Shown in pieces: positions 27,446-37,468 of a DNA stretch of 64,000 nt. Numbering within the stretch: position 1 is the stretch's first letter; each line of letters begins with the position of its first letter. Where the stretch lies: positions 1-64,000 of IMG/VR virus record IMGVR_UViG_3300010052_000153. The stretch is one strand, 5' to 3'. The stretch is from a virus (lineage: Duplodnaviria; Caudoviricetes). The position numbers and the translations under genes are program-made. The notes below the pieces were generated by a model, which was not told the origin of the DNA, searched no databases, and saw only the letters and a program-made list of their open reading frames with translations.

Positions 27446-27994
27446 TTAGCTCGCTACCGGCGGTGTGTAGACAGCAGATGGCGGCCAAATGCCGACCTCG
27501 CTGAAGATGCCGCCCGTGTCGTGAATTCCTTGGACGGCGTGCACGCGGCCAAGCACCTTTAGATTTCCGTCGACAACGACCAATGGCGAAACGATATCGG
27601 TGCGATTGTCCGCGATCGTGATGCGCACATCACCCTTTGTGATAACCGCTTCGGGGCCGTCATGGGGACGCGGATTGGCGTTCGAGGGCGTTGACATGTC
27701 GATGACTGCATCGGTCAAGTCACCGTTCTCCGACACCACATCGACCTGCTCACCGACTGTGGGCGGGATATGCGATTTAATGCCGCCGGCTGCGATCTCT
27801 TGCCAGGGAATCCAGCCCGTCAAGAATGGCTTGTCGTTCTGTCGAGACAGTTCAACGCGCGCCAGTCCTTTGGCGTGATCGACCTCAGCAATCTTGCCTG
27901 TTCGCCGCCGATTACGTGCTCGCCGCTTAAGTTCTTCCAGTTGGTGGAAAATCTCCACGATCTGATCGCGAAGCCTGCTGGAATTCATGGTCAC
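27446..27994 (-). CDS. Baseplate spike gpV-like protein
   Basis: G.I.EVD, T.WIPW...AAG and PP..GEQV motifs. Confidence 0.85.
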   Translation of the reverse strand: MTMNSSRLRDQIVEIFHQLEELKRRARNRRRTGKIAEVDHAKGLARVELSRQNDKPFLTGWIPWQEIAAGGIKSHIPPTVGEQVDVVSENGDLTDAVIDMSTPSNANPRPHDGPEAVITKGDVRITIADNRTDIVSPLVVVDGNLKVLGRVHAVQGIHDTGGIFSEVGIWPPSAVYTPPVAS

Positions 27995-28788
27995 GGTGAC
28001 ACCGGTGTCGCTGGCGCTGAATTGACCTCGACAAACTCGATATCAGCCTCGGCACCCTCCTGCGGCGTGATCAGCATAGCGTCGGCCTCACCCTTTGTGA
28101 GTCCGTATCGACGCAGCGCCAACTGCCAGGCGTGAGGGTCAGCATCCAAAAGGCCGCGAAGCAGCGCAACGCACTTGATCAGAGTCTCACCGCCCTGCGC
28201 TTCAGCCTTGGCGAAGAAAAGTGAAAGCGGATGCGTAGGCGCCAGAGCTACACCGCGCACAGGGTCTGTCCTCAGTGAGGCCACTACTTTCATCTGGTGA
28301 GCGGCAAGGCGCACGCCATTGTTATCGCCGGACGTCCGCAGCCTGTCGACTGATTCAAATCGATCCACAAACTTGCGAAAAATCTCAGCCCACTCGTTGG
28401 TGGGGTCCGTCAAGGCGTCTGAAACTTGTCGAAGGACCGCATCGAGATAGAGCTCAAAGACGTCATCGGTGCCCGGAATATCAACAGGCGCCAATACGGA
28501 GTTGCCGTCATCGTCTACGACGGTCTGCGTTGTGGCGACGCCAGCTTCAAACAGAAACTCTGTCACGCCGTTTGGCACGAGCCCGCGCTGCACCAAGTCC
28601 TCGCCCTTGACCTGCCCAGCATCTGTGTAAACGACGATGAAAAGCTTCTCTTCTTCGGTGCGCAATGCACCATCAGAAGTGACGTCGAACGCACCGATGC
28701 GGCTATCCAAGACATTGTTGCCTACCATTGTGCGCCCCTTAAGGGCCTCCACGGCGGCAATGCGGGCAGCGATGCGATGGACCGACAT
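27991..28788 (-). CDS. Head-tail/tail completion region protein
   Basis: 265 aa ORF coupled between head and baseplate genes. Confidence 0.65.
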   Translation of the reverse strand: MSVHRIAARIAAVEALKGRTMVGNNVLDSRIGAFDVTSDGALRTEEEKLFIVVYTDAGQVKGEDLVQRGLVPNGVTEFLFEAGVATTQTVVDDDGNSVLAPVDIPGTDDVFELYLDAVLRQVSDALTDPTNEWAEIFRKFVDRFESVDRLRTSGDNNGVRLAAHQMKVVASLRTDPVRGVALAPTHPLSLFFAKAEAQGGETLIKCVALLRGLLDADPHAWQLALRRYGLTKGEADAMLITPQEGAEADIEFVEVNSAPATPVSP

Positions 28789-28791
28789 AGC

Positions 28792-29169
28792 CTATGCCTC
28801 GGACAGATGAACGATGATTCTGGTGTGCGTCCGGTCATCGACATAGACGACCTCAAACCAAGGCTGTCCCCGGCGCGACAAGGCACGAACCTTGTCTTTT
28901 TTCCGGATCACCGGACCGTCATAGGTCGCAGCATCGATGTGTAGCGTTGCCGGACTGGCGGCAACCGAGCCTTCCCACTCACTCGCGCGTCCCAACGGAC
29001 TAACTTTCGAAGTGGTGCGCAGCGGCGCCTCCAGTTCGATATCCGTGCGATCAGGGTCGTTCTTCCCATCCTTCTTGAAGGCAATCCGGACGAGTTCGGC
29101 GAAGGCCGTGTCGACGGCCCTCACTGTTTTGTCACGCAACGAATGAAAACGCGCGGGAGCAATAGGCAT
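28792..29169 (-). CDS. Head-tail joining protein (gpFII-like)
   Basis: Position after capsid; small beta-barrel pattern. Confidence 0.55.
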   Translation of the reverse strand: MPIAPARFHSLRDKTVRAVDTAFAELVRIAFKKDGKNDPDRTDIELEAPLRTTSKVSPLGRASEWEGSVAASPATLHIDAATYDGPVIRKKDKVRALSRRGQPWFEVVYVDDRTHTRIIVHLSEA

Positions 29170-29194
29170 CTGCGTTACTCCCGCGGTTTATCCG

Positions 29195-30226
29195 TTAGGT
29201 GTTCTTGGCGCGCAATAGCGAACCGGGACGCGTGCAGATGTGCAGTGTGTTCGTCTGCGTCTCGCCGTTGACGCCCTTGCCGTTGGCCATCGGCCACTGC
29301 TTGGCGTATCGAGCCTTACCGAGCGTATTGACGGTCTCGACGTAATCGGCGGGGCCGTAATAGGTGCGGAAGAGGCCCGGTACGCCCATCGGGACGAACT
29401 TCGCTTCGCCCGTGGCGATGCCGAGCAGTGCACCGTCGCCGGTGTCCTCAATCGCGCCGTAGTTCTCCCACACGATGCCGCCGAACTCGAACATCGGATT
29501 GTCGCCGCGGTTGCGACCGATGTACGACTCGCGAAGGATGCGCGCCTCACCCCAGCCGTGGTAGGTATCGCGAACTTCCTTGTGCGACAGAAGCTGGTCG
29601 AAGAACGTGTCGCCAACAAATGCGTGGAGGTAGTTGAAACCGATCCCGCGCAGCGACTTCTTTGCCTCACGAATCTTGGCGACGCATGCCTTTCGCAGAA
29701 CACCTTCAGTTGGCGCGGCGTTGTCGAGATCGAAGTCCGTTTCAGCCGGCTGCGCAACACCGAACTCGGTAAACAAGTTGAGCGTGTCGCCGCCCTTGTA
29801 GGTAACAATGCCCTTGATGGCGCCAATGCGGCTATACTCATCCGTGAGGTCGAGGTCCTGCACGTTCAGAGCCAGCTTCTGGCCAACCACCTGCTGCACC
29901 GTCTGAAGCTGCGACTCGGAGCCATAGGCGCGGACGCCCTGAACCTCGTCAGCAATCACCGACCAGTCGCGCTGAAAATGCGGGATGGTGAGATTCTTCA
30001 TCGTGCGCTTCGGCGTATCGCGCTGATCGCCGGGGCCACCACGAGGCGTCGGTGCAACAAGCTGAATGGTGTCGCCAACGCGCTCGATTGCGATAGTCAG
30101 CGTAGCGACGGAAGAAGTGGAGAAGAGACCGAGTTCGCCAAGGCGACCGGGACGATGCGCGACTTCGTTGACGGCATCAGTCAGCGCGACGACGCCGAAG
30201 GCGTCATCGTTAAAAATATCAAGCAT
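29195..30226 (-). CDS. Major capsid protein (lambda gpE family)
   Basis: MLDIFNDDAF...LT.A.N, PHF...., E..R.GA.KG, FGG..WENY and QTN.L..C.RP motifs. Confidence 0.9.
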   Translation of the reverse strand: MLDIFNDDAFGVVALTDAVNEVAHRPGRLGELGLFSTSSVATLTIAIERVGDTIQLVAPTPRGGPGDQRDTPKRTMKNLTIPHFQRDWSVIADEVQGVRAYGSESQLQTVQQVVGQKLALNVQDLDLTDEYSRIGAIKGIVTYKGGDTLNLFTEFGVAQPAETDFDLDNAAPTEGVLRKACVAKIREAKKSLRGIGFNYLHAFVGDTFFDQLLSHKEVRDTYHGWGEARILRESYIGRNRGDNPMFEFGGIVWENYGAIEDTGDGALLGIATGEAKFVPMGVPGLFRTYYGPADYVETVNTLGKARYAKQWPMANGKGVNGETQTNTLHICTRPGSLLRAKNT

Positions 30227-30301
30227 GGAGGTTCCAAAAAGAAAAACCCCCGAACGCCATAGCGTCGAGGGCTCAAAAGGAATGGAAGGTGACTGCGCGC
30301 T

Positions 30302-30673
30302 TTAGCGCGAGATGATACCGACCGCGGCAAGCTGCGTGCGCTTGGCCGCCTTCTTAGTGTCGTCGTTCACAGTGGCGTCATAAGACAGCGCAAAGGTCTT
30401 GACCTCTGAGTCCCGCGTAATGGCCGAGACCTTCACATCAGCGGACGTCGCATCAACTTTGTATAGGTTGATCGCGACTGCAGTCTCGCCGCCATCGGAG
30501 CCGGTCGCCGTCGACGGCTTGTACTTGCCGCTGGCGGTGATCTTGGCCAGGACAGTGCCGGGCTCGATGACCCCAGCACCGGATACGATGGTGATCACGT
30601 CGCGGCTGCGGTGGCCGCTGGCCTCGGAAAAAAGAAACTCAGCCGCGTGACGGCCTTCGGTAAAAGTGGGCAT
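30302..30673 (-). CDS. Head decoration protein (lambda gpD family)
   Basis: SRD.ITI.SG....PGTVL.K....GKY and DG.E.A..I motifs. Confidence 0.85.
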   Translation of the reverse strand: MPTFTEGRHAAEFLFSEASGHRSRDVITIVSGAGVIEPGTVLAKITASGKYKPSTATGSDGGETAVAINLYKVDATSADVKVSAITRDSEVKTFALSYDATVNDDTKKAAKRTQLAAVGIISR

Positions 30674-30688
30674 ATCGGTCGATCCAGA

Positions 30689-31819
30689 TTACTTCGTGCC
30701 GTTGTTCAGCTTGGCCATCACATTGCCCCAACCATAGTTGGTGGCCTTGGCCGAGGCGGTGTGGGCGGGTGCAAGGTGCGCACCGGCAAGGCGGTTGGCC
30801 TCATATTCGGCGGCCGGGTCCGGCGCCGTGGCCACGGCAGGCGCAAGAGGTGTGGTCGCCGCAGGCGCTGTGGCCGTAGGCGATTCAGCGCCAGCAGGCG
30901 CTGCGGCAAGAACGTCCTTAATCTCGTCGACGGTCATCTTCGACAGATACAGCTTCTCGGCCAGCGCCTCGCGATTCTTGGCTTCCGGCAACGCGAGAAT
31001 AGCGGCGCGACGCGCTCGGTCGTTCTTGACTGCGTCATCGGCAGCCGTCGCAGTTGCGGCAAGGTCGGCTTCAAGCTTCGCCTTGTCAGCCTTCAGGGTT
31101 GCCACTTCCGCGGCGAGGTTTTCATTCGGCATCAGGTCGATGTCCTCATGGGTAGGAGCGGCCGAAGCCGATTTGGTCTGATGGGTGGAAAGCTGCTCGG
31201 CCATCGACCAACCGTTGGCCTTCGACAGCGCGGCCAAGCGGCGCGGCGCGTTTGAATAGGCACGGTAGTCGAAGGCGGCTGCCTTGGCCGATGACTTAGT
31301 GGCGGTCTTTTTGCCCGCATGGTCTGCGAAGCCTGCGGCGACCGCCGCCTCTCCGTCGTACCAAGTTTCGGCCTTCATGATTTCGCGTGCTTCGGCGGGC
31401 GTCTTGCCGCTTCTGGACGCATAAATCCGCGCGTAGGCGACCGCATAAGCTTCAAGCTCTTCGATCGTCTTTGCGTGATCGGCGGAATTGCCGATGGTGA
31501 TGTTAAGCGGGTCATGGATCATGAGCACCGCGCCATCGGCCATCGTGATGGTATCGCCCGCCATCGCAATCAGCGATGCCGCGCTAGCCGCAATGCCTTC
31601 GACAACGATGGCGACATCACCCTCGTACGAAACCAGAGCAGCATGGATGGCGGCACCTTCGGCAGCGATTCCGCCGCCGCTGTTGAGCCGAACCGTGATA
31701 TCGCCATCCATTCTCGCCAGCGCAGCGACAAGCTGCGCGTGGGTAAAGCCGTCGTCGAACCAATCGGCGCCGACCGTACCGAGGAGGTGGACCTCCTGGC
31801 CATTGACTTGAATTGTCAT
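30689..31819 (-). CDS. ClpP-like (S14) prohead protease with scaffold-like C-terminus
   Basis: NSGGG, G.AASAAS.I, MIHDP and ETWY....A...GFAD motifs; start ATG 31819. Confidence 0.85.
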   Translation of the reverse strand: MTIQVNGQEVHLLGTVGADWFDDGFTHAQLVAALARMDGDITVRLNSGGGIAAEGAAIHAALVSYEGDVAIVVEGIAASAASLIAMAGDTITMADGAVLMIHDPLNITIGNSADHAKTIEELEAYAVAYARIYASRSGKTPAEAREIMKAETWYDGEAAVAAGFADHAGKKTATKSSAKAAAFDYRAYSNAPRRLAALSKANGWSMAEQLSTHQTKSASAAPTHEDIDLMPNENLAAEVATLKADKAKLEADLAATATAADDAVKNDRARRAAILALPEAKNREALAEKLYLSKMTVDEIKDVLAAAPAGAESPTATAPAATTPLAPAVATAPDPAAEYEANRLAGAHLAPAHTASAKATNYGWGNVMAKLNNGTK

Positions 31820-31830
31820 GGATCGTTTCG

Positions 31831-32052
31831 CTAGTAGGGGCGACTGAAGCGCGCCCGGATGGCGTACCGTCGACGTCGTCCGGAGCACTGGCCCGAGTGG
31901 TAATCGATGAGCCGCTGCAACGCAGCCGTATCGGCCTTGTGATAGCGGATTTCGTCTTCGCCAAAGCGGACGACCTGCACACTGTCGCCAGTGATGATCG
32001 CAGTCAAAATGCCGGTTAGGCGCTCTGCCTCAGCGCAATGATCCACCATCAA
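31831..32052 (-). CDS. gpW-like head-to-tail adaptor
   Basis: Small ORF between portal and protease; V.FG...Y..AD..AL pattern. Confidence 0.65.
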   Translation of the reverse strand: MMVDHCAEAERLTGILTAIITGDSVQVVRFGEDEIRYHKADTAALQRLIDYHSGQCSGRRRRYAIRARFSRPY

Positions 32053-33656
32053 GCCGCCCTCCGACTAGAATTGTCGTTCGCCGGCTGCATGGCCGCGCCG
32101 TCAGGACCACCCCCGCCGGTCGATCGGCCGAAGGGAACTGGAATGCCTCGCTTCGTGAGGTCCGCGATTTCCGCTTCCTGCTTCTCGCGGAGCGCGGCGG
32201 CATCCTTGCCCATCAGCATCGCTTCGTCCTCAAGCGTTGATAGCCCGGTTTCGATGCGAACTTTCGCCGCCATTGCCGATTTATAGTCATCGGCTGTCGG
32301 CTGGGCCGGCCCTGCCCACTCTGCGTTGCAGACCTTCTCGCGGTTGGCCGCAAACGCCTCGTAGCCACCCTTGAACGGGATCCTACCAGCGCCAATCATC
32401 TCGTCTAGCCACGGGTCGTATGCGCCCTGGCAGAACGGCGCAACAATGCGCGTCCGCCTCCGCATCACTAGCGGCCAAATAGACGAGATCGCCATCCGCA
32501 CCGAGGAGTAGTTTGCGTTGGAATGATCCATCGCAAATGACTCGAAGGTCACACCCAACCGCCTCGCCATTTCGCGTTGCAGGTTTTGGCTGAACGGAAT
32601 GTAGTTGCTGCCTGGCATCGACGTGGTGTGGAGTTCCAGCTCCTCACCCGGCCCAAGATGATTGATGCGGCCGTGGTCCGATAACGTGACGCCGTGGTCC
32701 TTCAGCGATGCAAGCCGCTGCTCCCACACTGCGAAGAGGTCATCGGCGAGCTCTGGCTCGTCGTCGGCCAATTCTCGAATGGCATCGAACGCTGCATCTG
32801 ACGGCTCGGGCGACTTGATGGTTGCTGCGAACGCCGTCTGCAGGAGTGCCGTTGTCAACGTGGCGTCGGCGAGTTGGTCGTATTGGGCGGCCACCTTCAA
32901 GATGGGCGCCAAGACCGAGATGCCGCGCGGGCTGTCAGGGTTTTCACCGCGGTCAAACACGTGAATGACACGACGAAGCGGACCAGCCCATGCCGGGAGG
33001 TCAAAGTCGTAGTCCATTCCGCGCTGACGGCCGACGAACCGATACTGGTACGGCCGACCGTTGTCGTCGTGGAAGATGCCTTGGTCGAGACCGAGGTACT
33101 CGTTGGTTTCCCGCTTCAAACGATGCGGTGCCACAAGCGAAACCTTGGTGCCGGTCTTTCCGCCGTAGCGACGACGCTGGCGTGCCGACATGTAGTCGAC
33201 CACGCCGACCGCCTCACCGCCGGCCAGGTAATAGCGCATCACGCCGTCTAGGTGATCGGCCAGCGTGGAGACCCCGCGAAAATCATACTCGCGAGGATTC
33301 CAGACATGGAGGTTCCACTCTTGCTCGACCAACTTGACCCATTCAGCGCGCTCCTTGTCATCGAAGCCCAGCGCCGACAGAACTGGCCGGGCCGACAACT
33401 TGATCTCATCGCCGATGGTGTCGGTAATGATCTGGTCAGCGGCGCCAGCAAGCCATCCACTGTTCTGAATGATGTCCCATGCCAAGGCCGAGGCCCGCTC
33501 AGCGGCATTGCGGACGTTGTCCGAGCCGTCGCGCGTCACAGCGCGGCGCATCGACAAAATGCCACTGCCGTTCTCACGCAAATACTGCGACCGCGCCGGA
33601 CGCCGCGTTGCCGCACCATGCGACGGACGCCCCATGAGCCAATCAATGAACTTCAT
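32049..33656 (-). CDS. Portal protein (lambda gpB family)
   Basis: RG.S.LAP.L, A.IKS, L.PGE, D.S..NYSS.R and W.GP....D..K motifs; start ATG 33656. Confidence 0.9.
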   Translation of the reverse strand: MKFIDWLMGRPSHGAATRRPARSQYLRENGSGILSMRRAVTRDGSDNVRNAAERASALAWDIIQNSGWLAGAADQIITDTIGDEIKLSARPVLSALGFDDKERAEWVKLVEQEWNLHVWNPREYDFRGVSTLADHLDGVMRYYLAGGEAVGVVDYMSARQRRRYGGKTGTKVSLVAPHRLKRETNEYLGLDQGIFHDDNGRPYQYRFVGRQRGMDYDFDLPAWAGPLRRVIHVFDRGENPDSPRGISVLAPILKVAAQYDQLADATLTTALLQTAFAATIKSPEPSDAAFDAIRELADDEPELADDLFAVWEQRLASLKDHGVTLSDHGRINHLGPGEELELHTTSMPGSNYIPFSQNLQREMARRLGVTFESFAMDHSNANYSSVRMAISSIWPLVMRRRTRIVAPFCQGAYDPWLDEMIGAGRIPFKGGYEAFAANREKVCNAEWAGPAQPTADDYKSAMAAKVRIETGLSTLEDEAMLMGKDAAALREKQEAEIADLTKRGIPVPFGRSTGGGGPDGAAMQPANDNSSRRAA

Positions 33657-35677
33657 CGGTAGGCTCCCCACCGTTCCCGTTTGCGCAGCCGCTTGCGTTG
33701 CGGCAGCAAAACTTCGGCCGCGTCATCGTCGACGGGTGGCACGTTGTCGTTTACGGGCACGTTCTCAGCCGCAGGCGCGACTTCTGGCGACGTTTCAGTT
33801 GTGTCGCCGTCTTCGGCTATCGCCCGCTGCATCTCGGCCCGTGAAGGTGGCGCTTTGTCCAACTTGATCGGCAGAGACATGCGTGCCGCCAGCGCCAACA
33901 CCAAGCAGTCCCAGGCCTCGTTGCGGGCTCCGGTGGTCTTCTTCTGCCACGACCGTATCGGCTTGTTCTTGACGTACTTGACGACGGCATGCTCGGATGT
34001 GAGCTGCTCGAAATAGTCCGCGCTGAGGCCTATCGCCGGAAAGTGCACAGCGCGTGCGGTCGGCGCGTTCATGTCCGGAACGATCGCAAGCCTGGACGAG
34101 ATGTCGTCCTTGGCCGTGTCCACGCCGACAGTATAGATTTTGTCGCCCGTGTTCTTGGATCGCCCGGCCGTCTTCGGCCAGATCATGCGAGGCGCTTGCG
34201 GATTAGGATTTCCGCGACCGATGGTCGGATAGATCTTTCGCCGCTTTCGATCACGGCAGAATTTGTGCACCATCTCAGATCGGTGGCCCGCACTGTCGAC
34301 ACAGCCAGCCTTAGCGAAAAGCTTCCGCCCCTCGTCCGTCTCGCATGGTTCGGCAATCAGGCGATCAAAGCGTTCCCAAACCGGAGGCTTGGACGTGTCA
34401 CCATGTAGCACTTCATGTCGGGCAACCCATGACTCGCTGTTCGCACCCCATCCGACGAACGTCACCTCAATGCGGTCGTCCTGAGTGTCCGCCCCGAAAG
34501 TCAGAAGGCGCACATCAGACGGCAACGTCTCGTGATTGTACGGTTCGCAGCGCGCCTTCAGAAGTTCAGGGTCGGTAACTTCGACCGCCTCCTCATAAGG
34601 AAGGCCGAGCACCAGGTTGATGAACGTCTGTTTGCGCTTCGGATCCTTGTAGACCTCGATCCATTCGGCAGCGAGGTGACGCCAAGCAGCATTCGGGAAA
34701 AGACTATAGGCTGACCAGATGTGAAAGCCCGCGTGCCCCTTCGACGGCTTCGAAGCCACCCACTCGCCAGCGTTAATCATCGCAAGCTTGTGATGCTCTT
34801 CAATCCGGCATCCGTCGCTTTCGCAACGAAAGTATGCCGTCTCCGTTAGGTGTTCACCGGTCTCAGATTTGTCCCACTTCAGATTTTCCCACTTGAGGGT
34901 CTGCCTATGCCCGCAGTGCGGGCAAGGAACGTGGTAGTGCCTCTGGTCGCTAAGCTCCCATGATTTCTCAATGCGGCTGACGCCTTTTATGGTCGGCGTC
35001 GACCCCAACAGAATCTTCCTGTTCCAAAAGCTCTCGGTGCGCTTCGTGCCGAGCGCGATCTGGTCGCCCTCATCACCAGCGCCCTGCGCCGGATAGCCAT
35101 CGACCTCGTCGAATGCGACGATGCGGGCTGTGATGCGACGGAAACCGCCTGGCGCGTTTGCACCGACGAACGCCACGGATGCGCCATTGCGAAACAGGCG
35201 CTTCTCGACGCGTTGCGATGCATCCTTAGACTTCAGATCACCGGCAATGGCCGCCAGCACCGGGGTGTCGCGCAGCATGGGCGCGACTTCCGTGCGGCTG
35301 TAGTCCTCGGCATCTTCGACGCGAGGCTGCACCACAAGAATTGGCGCCGGGTCTTGATGAATGAAGTAGCCGACAACGTGATCGAGGATCTTCGTGTAGC
35401 CAACGCGGGCTGACTTCTTTACCGTGATCTTCTGCACGGACGGGTCGGTGACCGCGTCCATGATGCCGTCCTGATAGCGGAACGACTTGAACTTGCCCGC
35501 GTCGGCGCTCGTCTCAACGGAGAGGTAGGCGTACCTGTCCGCCCACTGGCTGACAGACAACTTCGGAGGAGGCTTTAAGGCCTCGTTGCCAGAACGGCGA
35601 AGCCTATCAAGGAGCCGGCTTGAACCGACCTTGTATCGACTCACGGAGTACCCCGTAGTCGTCTTCCCGAGGTGCAT
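33653..35677 (-). CDS. Terminase large subunit (lambda gpA family)
   Basis: KSARVGYT, DEVDGY, STPT, CPHC, G.DTQDDR and NEAWDC motifs; exact start uncertain. Confidence 0.95.
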   Translation of the reverse strand: MHLGKTTTGYSVSRYKVGSSRLLDRLRRSGNEALKPPPKLSVSQWADRYAYLSVETSADAGKFKSFRYQDGIMDAVTDPSVQKITVKKSARVGYTKILDHVVGYFIHQDPAPILVVQPRVEDAEDYSRTEVAPMLRDTPVLAAIAGDLKSKDASQRVEKRLFRNGASVAFVGANAPGGFRRITARIVAFDEVDGYPAQGAGDEGDQIALGTKRTESFWNRKILLGSTPTIKGVSRIEKSWELSDQRHYHVPCPHCGHRQTLKWENLKWDKSETGEHLTETAYFRCESDGCRIEEHHKLAMINAGEWVASKPSKGHAGFHIWSAYSLFPNAAWRHLAAEWIEVYKDPKRKQTFINLVLGLPYEEAVEVTDPELLKARCEPYNHETLPSDVRLLTFGADTQDDRIEVTFVGWGANSESWVARHEVLHGDTSKPPVWERFDRLIAEPCETDEGRKLFAKAGCVDSAGHRSEMVHKFCRDRKRRKIYPTIGRGNPNPQAPRMIWPKTAGRSKNTGDKIYTVGVDTAKDDISSRLAIVPDMNAPTARAVHFPAIGLSADYFEQLTSEHAVVKYVKNKPIRSWQKKTTGARNEAWDCLVLALAARMSLPIKLDKAPPSRAEMQRAIAEDGDTTETSPEVAPAAENVPVNDNVPPVDDDAAEVLLPQRKRLRKRERWGAYR

Positions 35678-36182
35678 CGATCGTCAACTCGTTCAAGGCG
35701 GCGATCACTTCCTCGTCAATCATCTCCTTGATTTCCTCGGCTGAACGCAGCGCCACGAGGCGCGGAGCAACCTTCGACCCGATGTTCAGGAGACGATTGC
35801 GCACCAGCGCCAATTCACTAGCGACCGCCACCACAACATCATCGATCTCCGCGACGGAGCCGGCTTGGCGGTCATACTCAAGCTGTTTCAGCAGGGCGGC
35901 ATAGTTCTCTTTGACGCGTTCGGCGTCGGCCTTTGACAGCAGCGCCTGGCCGTTGGCGACCATGCGTGCGAAAGCTTCTTCGACACCTGTGTCATCATCG
36001 CCATCTGTTACCTCCGGTAACAGAATGCCCTGCTTGCGAAGAGCTTTGTCGGAAGCATCGAAGTCAACTTCGTCGTCTTCCGTGAAAACCAACAGACCGC
36101 GCTGTTTCCAACCGGTCACGGTCTTTCGCGAGACCTCTCGGTGCGCCGCATAGGCGGCTTGATTGCCGGTCTCGCCGTTCAA
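35607..36182 (-). CDS. Terminase small subunit (Nu1-like)
   Basis: N-terminal HTH (QAAYAAHREVSRKTVTGWK); overlaps TerL start. Confidence 0.8.
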   Translation of the reverse strand: MNGETGNQAAYAAHREVSRKTVTGWKQRGLLVFTEDDEVDFDASDKALRKQGILLPEVTDGDDDTGVEEAFARMVANGQALLSKADAERVKENYAALLKQLEYDRQAGSVAEIDDVVVAVASELALVRNRLLNIGSKVAPRLVALRSAEEIKEMIDEEVIAALNELTIDAPREDDYGVLRESIQGRFKPAP

Positions 36183-36306
36183 GCTGTTACCCCCTTTTTG
36201 GGGTCTAAACCTACAGACATTTCGGGGCTCCGCGTCCGTAGGGGGTCAAAAGAAAGAAAAGGGTTCCTAACCGGAGGGGGGTCCCCTCCCTGTAGTGCTG
36301 TGTGTC
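36183..36306. other. Candidate cos/packaging-initiation region
   Basis: Non-coding gap immediately upstream of terS in a lambda-type packaging module; exact cut site not identifiable. Confidence 0.35.
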
Positions 36307-36885
36307 CTAAGACACCACCCCCTTGGTGATCTGCCTGATGATGTGCTCCGCGCGCGGCTGCACTTCGGCTGCCTTGGACTGAAAGGCTTCAGCGATGCTG
36401 CCCTTCAGAACTTCCTCCGGGATGTACAATCCAGAGTCAGCTACCTTGATAGGCCATCGGCCCGCGCCGACACGTTCCATCACGTGGCCATTCCAGTTCG
36501 GCTTGTTCACGCGATTTGGCCACCAGCCTGCTCGCATGAATTTGCCTTTGAACACCTGCCTTTTGTTCCAAGGTGCAGCGGATGTACCTTTGCGGACTTC
36601 GCGCGCCTTGAAATACTTCAGGGCGACGTCACCGCCCCGCGTGTGTATGGTGTATGACAGCGTGCCCGGTGTGGAGCGTGTGCGCTTCGCAACGGCGCGT
36701 CGACCAGTGGCGGAAGACAATCCAGTTTGGCCAGGAATGGCACGACCTGTAGCGGTAGCTGCCTTGGCGCCTACGTCGTTGATAGCAAGGCTATAAGCGC
36801 GTTTGGCGCGGTTTTCCCCAAGGGTCCGCGCCGCACGCTCAAGCTTTTTGTGGCCATCGCCGACAAGGGTGACTTTGATAGTCAC
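36307..36885 (-). CDS. gpZ-like minor tail/neck protein
   Basis: Basic 192-aa ORF; A...AIN....A and R.G..R.PI......GL patterns. Confidence 0.55.
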   Translation of the reverse strand: MTIKVTLVGDGHKKLERAARTLGENRAKRAYSLAINDVGAKAATATGRAIPGQTGLSSATGRRAVAKRTRSTPGTLSYTIHTRGGDVALKYFKAREVRKGTSAAPWNKRQVFKGKFMRAGWWPNRVNKPNWNGHVMERVGAGRWPIKVADSGLYIPEEVLKGSIAEAFQSKAAEVQPRAEHIIRQITKGVVS

Positions 36886-37097
36886 GCTTGCTCCAGTGCT
36901 TCATCCGGAAAGGTGGTCTCGTTCAGCTTGTCGCCGTCGAACCACGCGACATCGACATCGCCGCAATCGCAGGTGTCGAGAACGGTCATTTCGGGGCCGC
37001 CTGATACAAGGCGAACGACGTCTCCGACCTGGAGGGTATAGACATCATCAGTAGGTGGCGAAAGCCAGACCCTACCGCCTAGGATATTGTGCATCAC
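36882..37097 (-). CDS. DUF2158/YodC-like small protein
   Basis: VGDVVRLVSGGPEMTV...WFDG....F...AL. Confidence 0.8.
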   Translation of the reverse strand: MMHNILGGRVWLSPPTDDVYTLQVGDVVRLVSGGPEMTVLDTCDCGDVDVAWFDGDKLNETTFPDEALEQA

Positions 37098-37118
37098 TGT
37101 CTCCGTCAGTGCGAATTT

Positions 37119-37193
37119 TGGTCAAGGTGGTGGGACTAGAACCCACGTTCCGAGCTTCCAAAGCTCAGCGATTAGCCGCCATCTTCCACCCTG
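37119..37193 (-). tRNA. tRNA-Pro(UGG), atypical
   Basis: Acceptor CAGGGTG/CACCTTG-A-CCA; anticodon loop TTTGGAA; T-arm GTGGG-TTCTAGT-CCCAC; G8 and A37 deviate from consensus. Confidence 0.65.
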
Positions 37194-37468
37194 CAAGGGT
37201 GGGTCGCGGTCGGTCTTCGGCGCTCATTTGAAGATGCTCCCGAGAGAAGGCTGTACGGCGTTCCGTAGGGCGAGCCAGTATATTCGGGCCATCCCTTTGA
37301 CTGCCGTGCATGACAGTACGGCGTCGCACTGGCGCAGAAGCGCGAGGGTGTCGTTTATGGTAATCTCCGCTTTGAAAGGAGACCGATTGTCGTGCAAATT
37401 TGCGCACTCGGTCCAACATGCGCGATGACTGGCAGGTCGCCTTATCGATGCGGTGCCAGCCGGAGGGT

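Noticed and set aside
37165-37419. 84-aa ORF between tRNA genes
   Set aside because: Overlaps tRNA-Pro, low-complexity basic translation, no RBS seen
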